A stretch of DNA of 64,000 nucleotides from Haliotis rufescens (Eukaryota). The stretch is taken from contig NW_025964361.1 of the NCBI RefSeq assembly GCF_023055435.1, positions 31,744,001-31,808,000 on the forward strand. Direction: 5' to 3'. A program made the position numbers and the translations under genes. Under the pieces are notes generated by a model. That model was not told the origin of the DNA and searched no databases. It saw only the letters and a list, made by a program, of their open reading frames with translations. Each line of letters starts with the position of its first letter. The stretch's first letter is position 1. Shown piece after piece: positions 26,150-40,096 of this stretch.

Positions 26150-26730
26150 TAAGAAATAAACGACGAGGGGAGGGGGGGTTGTTTATCGTACAATTAAACA
26201 ATGCAGGGAGATTAAACCCTGAGGGGCGATAAACAACGACCATGTGTCGTTTATTTTTTTACAGCCTTTTTTAAGGATATTAATAAACTTTACAAGCTTT
26301 ATATTTACCCGTATTTAAATAGTGATGACTCCCTGAATACAATCCATCTGATAAGTCTATTTTATTAACAGGGGGTGTTATTATTGATATTTCCCTGATA
26401 TTCTCACAATTTTCACGTCGATTATCTGTACCTTTTCTACCAATACTGATTATAATATCTCTCCCATTTTTGGATGCGATCGTTTGGCCTTTGCGTTCAT
26501 CTGCGTTGCCCAGATACATCTATGGGGAACAACTCTCTGGACACTCCCCTCTCAAAAATAATGTCCTCCAATTTACGACGTCATCCAGGTATGTTAGCGC
26601 ATGCTGGAATCTCTAGAAATGACATCATGACAGAACAATGTTTCGTCGTGAAATAAACCACTCTTCGTTATTCATTGTTCCTTGCGATTTATCGCGTAGC
26701 TATCTGCTATACGATCATAATAAACCTATA
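26150..26730. mobile_element. Non-autonomous element with terminal hairpin; inverted relative at ~14660-15040
   Basis: Shared aaataaaccac...ttgcgatttatc(g/a)cgtagct and tgcaggga.a.taaaccctg motifs; class uncertain. Confidence 0.5.
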
Positions 26731-27009
26731 ACACATAAGTTTACACTGGTTAAATATATGATCATTCATACACCTGTTGACGATATGACATGTTTACCCC
26801 CTTGAAATAAACTGCTGGACAAAAGAAAGTTTACACACGAAAATTGGATTTGACCAAACAATTTTAGTGGTTATCAAAACGTTGCTTGGCTGAAAACAGT
26901 TGGCGAAACACTGCAAAAGGTACAAAACACAACCATAATACCCGTATCAAGTACATCACCTTCGAATAACCATTTCTGGTTTGTTTCATTTTAAGCCAAC
27001 ACCAGACAT

Positions 27010-27251
27010 GTTGTTTGTTTGTTGTTTAACGCTGCACTCAGCAATATTCCAGATATATGACGGCGGTCTGTAAATAATCGAGTCCAGTGACTGATATCAT
27101 GAGCATCGATCCACGCAATTGGTATACGATGACATGCATCAACCAAGTCAGCGAGCCTGACCATCCGATCCCGTTAGTCGCCTCTTACGACAAGCGTAGT
27201 CGCCTTTAACAGCAAGCTGAAAACCTATTCTACCCCGGATCTTCAAGGGTC
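27010..27251 (-). mobile_element. Family D retroposon, full length
   Basis: Same body; degenerate TSD acaccagacatgtt / acatcggatatgtt. Confidence 0.88.
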
Positions 27252-27321
27252 ACATCGGATATGTTTGTATACTTTCTTATGCATTACAGGAAAATCAGTT
27301 AAATTGGCTTATACCTATGAA

Positions 27322-28280
27322 ATATATATGACCATTCATACATCTGTGAAATATATGACCATTCATACACGTGTGAAATATATGACCAATCATACACGTG
27401 TGAAATATATGACCATTCATACACGTGTGAAATATATGACCATTCATACAAGTGTGGAAGTTATGACCATTCATACACGTGTGAAATATATGACCATTCA
27501 TACACGTGTGAAATATATGACCATTCATACACATGTGGAAGTTATGACCATTCATACACGTGTGAAATATATGACCTTTCATACACCTGTGAAATATATG
27601 ACCATTTATACATCTGTGAGATATATGACTATTCATACACCTGTGAAATATATGACCATTCATACACGTGTGAAATATATGACCATTCATACATCTGTGA
27701 GATATATGACCATTCATACACGTGTGAAATATATGACCATTCATACACCTGTAAAAATATATCCATTAATACACGTGTGAGATATATGACGATTCATACA
27801 CGTGTGAATATATGACTAATCATACACGTTTGGAAGATATGACCGTTCATACACCTGTGAAATACATGACCATTCATTCACCTGTGAAAATATATGACCA
27901 TTCATACACGTGTGGAAAATATATCCATTAATACACCTGTAAAAATATATGACCATTCATACACGTGTGAAATATATGACCATTCATACACCTGTGAAAT
28001 ATATGACCATCCATGCACGTGTAGAAGATATGACCATTCTTACATCTGTGAAATATATGACCATTCATACACGTGTGGAAGATATGAACATTCACACACG
28101 TGTGGAAGATATGACTATTCAAACACCTGTGAAAATATATGACCATTCATACACCTATGAAATATATGACCAGTCATACACGTTTGGAAGATATGACCAT
28201 TCATACACCTGTGAAATATATGACCATTCATACATTTGTGAAATATATGACTATTCATACACGTGTGAAATATATAACAT
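27322..28280. repeat. 27-bp minisatellite
   Basis: Unit atatatgaccattcatacacgtgtgaa, about 35 copies; orphan units at ~26120 and ~26755. Confidence 0.95.
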
Positions 28281-28539
28281 GCTTTTAAATACCTGTCATA
28301 TATATGACGCGGTTGTGCTAAACATATATAACATTTTTACCATCTACATGATTTAATTTCATTCCAGATTTCACTTCACCGTTGGTATCCAGGTAGGAGA
28401 TTGCTGCTTCAAATATGCACTCTTGGACAGCTAAACAAACAGCATTCTCTGGTGCTACAACTCATGTCTCATGAAGGGACGTCACTTCCCTTCAGGGTGA
28501 CCCTACAATCTTAGTGAAACAAACCCACCAACCATCGGT

Positions 28540-29110
28540 TAAGTAGAGTTGCCACTAAGAATTACTCCCGGCTCTGTGGTAATCAAACCAACCTAAAGGA
28601 TCGAACATAGCATCATATTCTTGCATCAGGCGTGTTGATTCAATCTGGTAGGGATCAAAACATTAAATCGGTTTCTTCTTGAATAGTATCTTGTAGGATG
28701 GTTTGAAGACTTGTTCGTTTTGATTGGTGCTTGGAAGCTTTCCAAGAGTGTTTTGACTTGATCCGTTGTAAAGAAAAGAAAATATATTGACGACATTCGA
28801 TGAGGAGAAAAGGGAGACAGTAAACGACGCCATTCGTAGAACCTGCAGAGTGGAACATTTTCACAAGGATACCTTTGTGGATCGACTGTAAGAGTGTTGC
28901 TTTAGTTTCTAGACAGTAAATAGTCCATTTCTGTGACTTTACTAAAACATTTGAACTAAAGGGCCAGACCGTGTAGTAAATATACTTAATTGACTCATTT
29001 CTGTGAAAAACCTGAGAACGGACGTTATGTGTCTTTCCCATCGAGACTCAATTGTCATGGCGACTAAAGTTGTGTCTATGTAAGACCATTACAAGTGGTT
29101 ATGCTTGCTT
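28540..29110 (-). repeat. Right arm of the ~570-bp inverted duplication
   Basis: See 20971-21545. Confidence 0.9.
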
Positions 29111-29402
29111 TAACAAATGTTTATGTAGGCACGGTATGTTCTTCAAATTTAAATCTATAAGTGTATTTCCATGGTTTTCTGGAACATATTTTTGTTTCTA
29201 AAACGTACTGCGCCTGTATGGTCGTTTTTTTAATTGAACTTGAAGCAAGGTTCTTGTAAATGTATTGAAGATCGATTATTGTAATATTCGTTGATTTGTT
29301 TATCCATTTGGCGGTAGTCGTCTTGCAATGAGTTTATTACTGAACAGGAAAACTTTGATTATGCATCATAACGATACAGAGATAACATTAAAAAGATATA
29401 AA

Positions 29403-30311
29403 ACCCTAGTCAGACTAGTGGCGGAATTAGCCGGAATGCCGTCGGAATGAAAATTCTTTGTTTCTTCCAGGATATTCGAAGTGCAATCTAAAACTTCTGA
29501 CTGCATTCTGTGTGCATTCCAAGTATTCGGGCCCATTCTTGTGGCCGGCCCGAATGTTTTGCTCATGCTCATAACTTTCGAGGCGCATTCGAAGTGGGGA
29601 AATATCGAACAGCATTCGAAGTGTATTCTAACTGTGCTCTGACTTCTAAATATTCTCACGGCATTCCAACAGCATTCGAAAAATTCTGATCGCATTCGAG
29701 GGAGAATCGAAACGCCAGGCCACTTCAAATCCTGCCAGATTGTCCCGAATGCGCCTCGAATGAGCCGGAATGCACCTCGATTGCATCTCGATTGCTGCCG
29801 GAATCTATTTCGATATTAAACGAATTCAGCTAGAATGCATTCTTGATACATTCGGGACATTCGTGTTACATTCGAAGTACATTCTAAGTATTCGATCTGC
29901 ATTCTGTTTGAATTCTTGGACGTTCGAACTATATTCAGCGGCCATTCCGGGAGCGTTCTGACTGCATTCGAGGTCAATTCGTACAGCATTCGAGGCACCT
30001 TCCAAACCAGACTTAGGGCGTTATTCCGGCAGCAATCGAACCGCACTCGCATGGCATTCGAAGTGCATTCTAAATATTCTTACTCTGTTCCAACTACATT
30101 CGATCTGTATTCATGAGCTAATACGGCCGGAATGTGCAAGAATCATTCGAGGCGGGTGCGAAGCGCATTCTAGGTATTCGAACGGCATTCTTACAAAGCT
30201 TGGTCAATTTCAAATTCCCCCCCCCCCCCCCCCCCCCGAATTAGGCACGAATTTTGAAAAAAAATCATTCTGCTTGATTCCTGCTGATTCCGAATAAGTG
30301 TGACGGGGTCA
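29403..30311. mobile_element. Harbinger-like MITE with dense internal CATTCGA/GAATG motifs
   Basis: Imperfect TIRs accctagtcagact..cggaattagccggaat versus (reverse complement) accccgtcacact..cggaatcagcaggaat. Confidence 0.55.
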
Positions 30312-31031
30312 TTGTTGATTTTACCTATTCTAAAGAGTGTATATTTTAAACCTGTTGGTACCTTGCATGCTACCTTAATTCTGTTATCGATAGTATTAAG
30401 TTTAAGAGGTGTGGTAAATATGACATGAATCTAGTGAATTTGAACTAGTTTTTATTCTTTACAAATTCTTTACAAATTGTTAACCATAAAAAGTGTCATG
30501 TATTCATGTTCTTCCAACTTCTGAATGCCTACCAAAGACTGTACAAACTCTGTTTACATAAAGGCCACTGCTACTTGTCAGCGGGTTGGACCACCCTTTT
30601 TTTATAACACATACACTGATGACATAACGTTATTTCAAACAAATTGCTTTTATAGTTTCACGAAATTTGCGGAAAAACAAATTTTGTTTAAAATTGAATA
30701 ACTTTTGTAATGTCTCCAAGTATGCGCCGTCCTTTGATGTGGCAAGCGTCTGACGACAACGAAAACCACTGACATCAATTTAGAACACCAAGATAATGGA
30801 CAGTCAATTTGTGGCGTAACTATTTTATGGTGATTTGCCCTTGGTGTCTGAGCAACGTCACAGCAATTTCCTTAGAAGCATAAAAGGTGAACTATTTGCA
30901 CAAAGAAAAATGTAAATGTGGAAATGAAATGTGCTATTTGTCTTTGACAAAAAGGACATACTGCGAGTCCCCATGCTATAGTCATCCTCTCGGAAGATTC
31001 GATACTATGAAAGATAATGCTACCAAAATTG

Positions 31032-31290
31032 GACCCGTGAAGATCCAGGGTAGAATAGGTCTTCAGCAACCCATGCCTGTCGTAAAAGGCGACGATGCTT
31101 GTCCCGACTAACGGGATTGGGTGGTCAGGCTCGCTGACTTGGTTTGATGCATGTCATCGTATCTCAATTGCGTGAATCGATGCTCATGGTGTCAATCACT
31201 GGATGGTCTCATACGGATTCGATTATTTACAGACCGCCATCATTTTGCTGGAATATTGCTGAGTGCGGCGGTAAATAACAAACAAACAAA
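31032..31290 (+). mobile_element. Family D retroposon, full length
   Basis: GACCCGTGAAGATCC start, (AAAC)n tail, TSD-like accaaaattg / accaaaaatg. Confidence 0.88.
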
Positions 31291-31319
31291 CCAAAAATGA
31301 CTGAACTGAACACAGGGGG

Positions 31320-31614
31320 TGAGTGAGTGAGTGAGAGTGAGTGAGTGAGTTGGGTTTTAACGCCGCTTTTAACAGTATTCCAGTTATATCACGGCGTGTC
31401 AGCTTAATGTGGGAGGAAAGCCCGAAGTGATGCAGGTCTCAGACGTTTACCACTTCGGTGAAACATACGAGCACGGGTATGGTGCTGACAAACCTAGACG
31501 AATTTGGGCGAACCGGGATTCGAACCCACAATCATAGGATTCTGGCGTGCCGAGGGGACGCAACCCTGCACAGCGAATCGCGGCGCCTTAGACGACTGGG
31601 CTACCCGTGCCCCC
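31320..31614 (-). mobile_element. SINE family B
   Basis: TSD gaacacaggggg on both sides. Confidence 0.9.
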
Positions 31615-31848
31615 GAACACAGGGGGAATAGGTGTTACCCTGTGATAGAGAATATGGTATTCACTCTGTAGCACAGTGTGATTAGATAAGTATACCACCA
31701 TCTCGAGGGGGACATGAGTTGATATATATTAGTTTATTAGTTAATGTTCCCCTGGCACGAGGGTAACACTCGGGTACATTCACCCATGCCACCCGGGGGA
31801 CCGGGGGACATTTATCTCACTCACACTTGGATTCTAATCAATAAGAAT

Positions 31849-32020
31849 GAGTGAGTGAATGAGTGAGTATGGTTTTACGCCGCTTTTAGCAATATTCCAG
31901 CAATATCACGGCGGGGGACACCAGAAATGGGCTTCACACATTGTACCCATGTCGGGAATCGAACCCAGGTCTTCGGCGTGACGAGCGAACGCTTTAACCA
32001 CTAGGCTACCCGACCGCCCC
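31849..32020 (-). mobile_element. SINE family A, young copy. Others at ~6424-6530, 6556-6698, 26005-26116, 61538-61640, 62020-62100
   Basis: Perfect TSD caataagaatga at 31839-31850 and 32021-32032. Confidence 0.9.
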
Positions 32021-32619
32021 CAATAAGAATGACACGGTTAGGCATTTATCCACTTGGAGTCATTCTCCCAGATCTATCTGGAAGATGTCGTAAATATCCG
32101 GAGAATGGCGTCTTATATCATTGATTCGTCTAAGGCGCCGCGATTCGCTGTGCAGAATTGCGTCCCTTGGGCACGCCAGAAACCTATGATTGTGGGTTCG
32201 AATCCCGATTATGTTTCCAGGTTTGTCAGCACCATACCCGTGCTCGTGGGTTTCACCGAAGTGGTAAACGTCTGAGACCTGCATCACTTCGGGCTTTCCT
32301 CCCACATTAAGCTGACACGCCGTGATATAACTGGAATACTGTTAAAAGCGGCGTTGAACCCAACTCGCTCACTCACTCTTATGACTATGACCATTGACAA
32401 CTAAGTAACCCTCCGCACATTCACTTCATGTTCGTCCACTCGTCCTCATCGCCCAACGGCATGGCAAGAATAGAATCAATACCGCTATGATCCATTAGTT
32501 ATTTACTCGTCCAGGAGAATGCAGAGATTCCGGGGATAATTCATACCCCTAGAACCATGATGCTACGCACTTGCATCCGCTTCAAACTACCAACTTATAA
32601 CCATGGAAGTCCTAAACAC

Positions 32620-34260
32620 AAATGAGAATATAATATCTGGGCGAATATATTGTGGCGTGTCCACCCACACACTCGCATCTGGACTAGTATGCCGTAACAA
32701 GTCTGTCCACAACATCAGATATGGGACAGCATACGGTTGTAAGTCTATCAACGACATCAGATATGGGCGAGGATACTGCAGCAAGTCTATCAACGACATC
32801 TGATTTCGGCGAGGATACTGTAGTGAGTCTATCAACCACATCTGATGCGGGTGACCATACCGTAGCAATTCTATTCACGCCACCGGGTCAGGGCGATTAA
32901 ACCGTAGCAATTCTATCCACGCCACCGGGTCAGGGCGATTAAACCGTAGCAATTCTATCCATGCCACCGGGTCAGGGCGATTAAACCGTAGCAATTCTAT
33001 CCACGCCACCGGGTCAGGGCGATTAAACCGTAGCAATTCTATCCACGCCACCGGGTCAGGGCGATTATACCGTTGCAATTCTATTCACGCCACGGTGTCA
33101 GGGCGATTAAACCGTAGCAATTCTATCCACGCCACCAAGTCGGAGCGATTAAACCGTAGCAATTCTATCCACGCCACCAAGTCAGGGCGATTAAACCGTA
33201 GCAATTCTATTCACGCCACGGTGCCTGGGCGATTATACCGTAGCAATTCTATCCACGCCACCAAGTCGGAGCGATTAAACCGTAGCAATTCTATTCACGC
33301 CACCGGGTCAGGGCGATTAAACCGTAGCAATTCTATCCACGCCACCGAGTCAGGGCGATTAAACCGTAGCAATTCTATTCACGCCACCGGGTCAGGGCGA
33401 TTAAACCGTAGCAATTCTATCCACGCCACCGAGTCAGGGCGATTAAACCGTAGCAATTCTATTCACCCCACGGTGTCTGGGCGATTATACCGTAGCAATT
33501 CTATTCACACCACCGAGTCAGGGCGATTATACCGTAGCAATTCTATCCACGCCACCGAGTCAGGGCGATTAAACCGTAGCAGTTCTATTCACGCCACGGT
33601 GCCTGGGCGATTATACCGTAGCAATTCTATCCACGCCACCAAGTCGGAGCGATTATACCGTAGCAATTATATCCACGCCACCAAGTAGGAGCGATTATAC
33701 CGTAGCAATTCTATTCACGCTACCCAGTCGGAGCGATTATACCGTAGCAATTCTATTCACGCCACGGTGTCAGGGCGATTATACCGTAGCACTTCTATTC
33801 ACGCCACGGTGTCTGGGCGATTATACCGTAGTAATTCTATCCACGCCACCGAGTCAGGGCGATTAAACCGTAGCAATTCTATCCACGCCACCAAGTCGGA
33901 GCGATTAAACCGTAGCAATTCTATCCACGCCACCAAGTCAGGGCGATTAAACCGTAGCAATTCTATCCACGCCACCAAGTCGGAGCGATTAAACCGTAGC
34001 AATTCTATCCATGCCACCAAGTCAGGGTGATTAAACCGTAGCATTTCTATCCACGCCAACAAGTCGGAGCGATTAAACCGTAGCAATTCTATCCACGCCA
34101 CCAAGTCAGGGCGATTAAACCGTAGCAATTCTATTCACGGTGTCTGGGCGAGTATACCGTGGCAATTCTATTCACGCCACCAGGTCTGGGCGATTATACT
34201 GTAAAACGTTTATCAAGCCAACGAGTCTGGACGAGTACACCGTAAAACGTCTGTCCAGGG
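32620..34260. repeat. 42-bp minisatellite with diverged edge units
   Basis: Unit cgtagcaattctatccacgccaccgggtcagggcgattaaac; homogeneous at 32860-34140. Confidence 0.95.
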
Positions 34261-36826
34261 CACTTCATTGTATGTATTGATGGTACAAGTACAATAATAC
34301 TGTCTGCATCAATAACACAACTTGTTATGAATGCGTTCATGTTTTGTATCTGACAATACATCGTGCATACATCTTACTGACTCCAGAAAACGGTGAATCA
34401 TGTCGACCATAGCAAGGAGAACATCATTGTGGTCTCGTTACTAGTGGAATTCTGTGGAATACTGTGGAATACTAGTGGAATAATAATGGAATACATGCAA
34501 TAGTAGGCCAATAGTGTTTAACTGTCGCGATACTATAGCTTAAACACAGTCTCAAGTGACGATGATTCCAGGGAACAAGAGGCCTCCAGCACCTCACGTT
34601 TGTTGAGTAAAAGGGGTGATGTGTTCCCTCGATTTGGCGGATTGCACGCTAAAGTGCATGGATGGTGCATCATTGTTCATGCTTTCAGGACCGCCTCCGT
34701 GGTCTAGTGGTAGAGCGTCCGCCCGGAGAGTGGAAGCTCCGGGGTCCGGCTGCGTCTTACCAAAAGACGTTAAAAGATGGTACTTGTTGTCACCCTGTCT
34801 GGCGCTCGGCATTAAGGGGCTAAAACGAGGACTGGTCGGCTCGGCGTCAGTATACTGTGTCTGAGAGGGGTATTCATGTTTAACTGCGATATGGTATTTT
34901 ACTATAAAATTGGCATCAGTCCGGACTAGTACAAGCAGCGACACGCACACACGCACACAAGCACACACGCACGCACACATGCACGTGCAGGCACGTCGCT
35001 ATATAATAAACATAATTTCACCTGCTTTCAGTCACTGATTTTGTCTGGTTCAGACTCGATTAATATACAACATTTACAGTCGCCACAATGCATCTTTTAA
35101 CGTCAGTCTTTCAAATATATTGCATTTTACGTACGCATCACCCGCTACTGTCCAGTACAGAGACAAAACACGGTCAGCACAGTATTTATATCGTCCCAAC
35201 CTACAACCCCCAACCCCACACCCCCAACCCCACACCCCCTAACGTTACTGGAATCTCCCGTTCCTTTTCCTATGGTTATGCTACTGTGACGTAACGCTTT
35301 CTTGGAATGGCTTTTAGCGCTTAAAACTACATTAAAATCTTTTCCAAACCTAACATTATTTTCTTCATCCCCAGATTTGCCTAGTTTCAATATTAACCAA
35401 TTTATCAAATCCAATTACTTTTCCTTTATCTAATGATGCGTTCAAAATAACCTATTTCAATAAAAAAAAATTAGATATATGTACAGCACCATTATTTGCG
35501 TTAAATTACTTTTTCTTAAATTTTTTTAGAAAATCTGTCTTCCAAACCAAATCAAATTTCTGAATCGTATTCAAGCCACATTATAGAATCGATACCCATC
35601 TTTTAATCCGCTTTATTAATTCCGTGCTTTTGTATCACCCCCAGGACACGCAATGTGGTGCCATTCCTGAACCGATTTCCGAGCTGATAGCTCGGCAAAT
35701 AATGAACATTTATCAAATCATGTTTAAAAAACCTTTGGGATGAATTATTAATATATAGTTTGATAGTCTGTAATCTTCAAGAAATGACACAGTTACGTAC
35801 CGAAACTATCGATACATGAACAGTGGCCTTGCTCCTCACACCGACACCGTGACCAGTGTAACGGACACACGTAGCTTCAAAAGACTCCATTGCTTCAGGC
35901 CACATGGCTCCATCATCCAAATTGAGTTTGAAAGGAGATTGAACGATTCTTAGTGGGTGGTAAAATATCCCTTTTGGAAAAACGACAGCCAGGATTCATC
36001 GCGGTGACAATAGCGACCCCCTTGTTGAAAGCAGCCCCGACGGCAGTACGTGGAACACATGGCGGCAGTGTGGTGGAGTCCTTGCTGGACAGAGATGAAA
36101 GGCTTATTTGGTGTTTTTTGTAAAACGAACACCAGCGGCATATTGACGGTATTTCCGCCTTGAGGTGATAATCTTTAGATTGGAGAGGAACCAACGCTCT
36201 GTCTAATTGCTCTATATTTTAAGATTTTAACAGAAAGTGAGGTGAAGCACCAGGTGACCCACATGTGACGTACACCAGAATTCCGGGATGCTTGTCTGTC
36301 TCAGCCTACAGGCATATGGCACTCCAAAGGCCAGTCTGGCTACTGTGACATCGCCCATGACGTCTTGTATAGAGTCTAAGTATCGTTTCTACATGACAAC
36401 TCTGATCCAGTGGATCAACACAGCGCAAAGAAATTTTGTAGCATTCCTACCTATCAATGCAAGTACTTTATCTGTCATAAAGCGCACATGTGTTGCCCAG
36501 AAGGTAATACACATTCTATCTAGCATGTGGTACTTTTAAAATCAGGAATGAGAATATCACACATATCAGTTGAAATATTTGTGTAATATGAAACTAGAAA
36601 ACAAACATATTATGAAAACAAAACGAGTAATATGTTTTCACAACAATGACTTCCTGAAACATTTGTTATTGTTTTCAAGAACATTGGGTATTAGGTTGAC
36701 ACAATCATAGTGGTTTAAATGATACTGTTGACATTGATATATCTACTGTGATAAAGTTATTCATATTTTGTTCAAAATTAATCTTTTCAAAGTAATAGCT
36801 ACATTGTTGTAATATTTTTTTATATG

Positions 36827-37097
36827 TGGCACGGGTGGCCCAGTCGTCGCGATTCGCTGTGCAGAGTTGCGTCCCCTGGACACGCCAGAAATCTATGGTT
36901 GTGGGTTCGAATCCCGGGTCACCCTGGTTATGTTTCTAGGTTTGTCAGCACCATACCCGTGCTCGTGGGTTTCACCGAAGTGGTAAAGGTCTGAGGCCTG
37001 CATCACTTTGGGCTTTCCTCCCACATTAAGCTGACACGCCGTGATATAACTGGAATACTGTTAAAAGCGGCGTTAAACCAAACTCACTCACTCACTC
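36827..37097 (+). mobile_element. SINE family B. Others at 32126-32378, 46106-46365, split copy 15617-15695 plus 15955-16120, fragments at 41415-41495, 41630-41790, 56666-56785, 57925-58095
   Basis: Near-identical to the 52388 copy. Confidence 0.88.
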
Positions 37098-37874
37098 TTA
37101 TTTTATAATGAAGTATATCTGTGGATACATGCAGATATTGTTAACATTGAAACCCACAACGTTGTGAATGCGTTTGTTATGAACCAAACATCTATGAGCG
37201 TTACCTCCCTAATGGTCATATGTTTACTCCATTAGCCTGACATGTCAATTATGCACACTGTCCAAAAGTGCTAATATCTCGCTACACGGAAACTGGGCAA
37301 CGTTTCCCGCTAAGCGATATGCTATAGACCTATCCCCCTCCCTCTCGACAGGCAGACTCGCTACACGGAACTTTGGACAACGTTTCCCGCAGAGCGATAT
37401 GCTGTAGGACTGTCGCCGTCCTTCTCGACAGACAGACCCGCTTCACGGAAATGGGTCAACGTTTCATCGCAGCGAAATGCTGTAAGGGGAAATAGGTCGG
37501 ACAGAGCTTGACTGATACCCTGCCTAGCGGCTACAGGCGAGGAGCGCAAGCGCTCCAAGACAGGTAAAAAAAAGTGTAGGACTGGGCGTGCTCCCTTCCT
37601 CTTATAATTGCCGGTAATAATTTACCGTGAGTAATGTTTTAAAAATATATCCATAATTATTTGTGTATTTCGTATGTACGCATACCATTATACATATGTG
37701 GGACAAAAGATAAAGTTTCTTTAAAGATGGGTCACATCTTTCCAACTATTACTAATACCAATGTAACTTTCTCAAACCAAAAACAAATCAGGCACGGCAT
37801 TCAGCATAGTGCAACAGTGATGTCAAACTCTGTGGGGAATAACTACGGTAGATTCTCTTAACACCTGTCTGGTG

Positions 37875-37906
<32 letters not shown>

Positions 37907-39167
37907 AGCGTGCGTGCGTGCGTGTACTAATGCCGGTTTTATTGTCAGCCCACTGAGGTACCATGTCGCATTTTATCATGGATACACAGCTAAGACTCAC
38001 TATACTGACTCCGACCCGACCTGTCCTTGTTTTATCCCCGAATGTCGCGCGCCAGGCAAGGTAACAACTAGTACTAGTATTTATCGTATTCTAGTAAGAC
38101 GCGACCGGGGATCGAATCACCAACATTCGTCTCTCCGGGCAAATGCTCCTGCTGAAACAATGATGATATAGTCTAAAATCATACCTATAAAATCGCTTAC
38201 ACACCAATGTCATTATAATCGATCCGGGCAACTAAATTGGACCATCGTCAGACTGTGACTAGAGCTACAACGACGTGGGGCGTTGCTCACCATATCAATC
38301 ACTGGTTTGTCTGGCACAGACTCAATCATTTACAGGCAGCCGTGACAGCTGGAATATTGCTGAAAGCGTTAAACAACATTCACTCTTAGTTTGAATGGTC
38401 GTGTGTTGTGATTAGATCAACTGAACAGTCTAACGCAGCACGACACTGATTCAGCAATAACAACGAAAGGAAACGAGTCCCGGTATAGTGTAGCAAAATA
38501 AAATAATATTGCATGGAAATACGGAAGCCCGGACATGAAAACGTACTTCTTAGTTTTGTTATGAATAAATGAATTAACTTTCCGGCCTGACCACGATGGA
38601 GCTCCACAGACAAGCCACCGACTCGGCTCCATTACCCATTCCTGCATCCTCCACATCAACAGGATACACAATCACGCTTGTCTGGCTTCTTTCCATCTTA
38701 ATTGGGAAATAGAAATGCTTGAAAAAATAACGTTCTGTCCAAACCGGTTTCATACATAACATAAACCAGCCCATGATGTACAGGTGAGTTGTGGCATTAC
38801 TAATTCCAAACCTATTCCGGTTCGATTCCACTGGGTCTGTTACACACAGCGAGAAGAATAGTTCAATACAGAACACCTATCAGCCGCCAGATCGACTCAG
38901 AGTGGGCGTCCTTGGGTCGTCTTGGCCTGCCGTACATCCTGCTGCTGATTCCCCAGGCTGGGTTGCCTAATGAAACATTTCATCTTCGTGTAGCATTGCT
39001 GAGATTCCTACAGCTTTTGTAACGAGATGGATTAATGCCAAATAGGGTTCGAGGTAATATGTGATAATCTGAAAATCATAATGGTACAAGACTCAATTAA
39101 ATCACTGACATGAATTCTTTACAATGGATTTCCGTGCATGTCGTTGTTTTCTCTTCAGACCATTATA

Positions 39168-39520
39168 AGGTGAGGTGAAATGGGGTTTAACGTCGCGTCT
39201 AAGATTATTGCACTTATATAGCGACGTGCATGTACGTGTGTGTGTTTGTGTGGCTGCTTGTACTAGTCCGGACTGATGCCGATTTATAGTGCTAGCACAC
39301 TGAGATACCATGCCGCAGTTCAACATGGATACCCCACTCAGACACAGTATACTGACTCCGAGCCGACCAGTCCTTGTTTTAGCCCCTTTATGCCGAGCGC
39401 CAGACAGGGTAACAACAATTACCATCTTTTAACGTCTTTTGGTGTGACGTGGTTGGGGATAGAACCCCGGACCTTCCGCTCTCCGGGCGGACGCTCTACC
39501 ACTAGACCACGGAGGCGGTC
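39168..39520 (-). mobile_element. SINE family C (tRNA head, conserved central core, internal (CA)n, (CACCT)n tail)
   Basis: 15-bp TSD tcagaccattataag. Core aaagatggta.ttgttgttaccctgtctggcgctcggcat.aagggg resembles the Meta/MESC-type SINE core (recalled, not verified). Confidence 0.88.
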
Positions 39521-39839
39521 TCAGACCATTATAAGAGCACCGTAGAGCTAGTTCAGTGTGCATCATGACTTCACACTGCGGTGGAGAATGTAGGAGAATG
39601 ACTTCAATCTGGATCACACGCCAGTGTCTTACAGTGTGAACGTTAATCAACATCGGGAAACATAGGCAGCTACAGGAGGATACCCAAAATTGGTTTGTTT
39701 GTTGTTTAACGCCGCACTAAGCAATATTCTAGCTTATGACGGCGGTTTTCTGAACACAACCATTATACTACCCGGATAAAGTACATCACCATCGAATAAC
39801 CATTTCTTCGGGGGGGGGGGGGGGGGCCAACATCAGACA

Positions 39840-40096
39840 TGTTTGTTGTTTAACGCCGCACTCAGCAATATTCCAGCTATATGACGGCGGTCTGTAAATT
39901 ATCAAGCCTGGACGAGATAATCCAGTGATTAACATCATGAGCATCGTTCTACGCAATTGGGATCGATGACACACATCAGCCAGGTCAACGAGCCTGACCA
40001 CCCGATCCCGTTAGTCGCCTCTTGCGACAAGCATAGTCGCCTTTTACGGCAAGTATGGGTTGCTGAAGACCTATTCTACCCGGATCCTCACGGGTC
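39840..40096 (-). mobile_element. Family D retroposon, full length
   Basis: Same body and 5' start as the other copies. Confidence 0.88.

Noticed and set aside
27265-28356. MTIHTRVKY / MNGHIFHTC repeat ORFs
   Set aside because: By-products of the 27-bp minisatellite, with frequent indels.
32860-34140. CRISPR-like array (conserved part plus variable part)
   Set aside because: The variable part is only a few recurring 9-bp variants rather than unique spacers; eukaryotic context and no cas genes.
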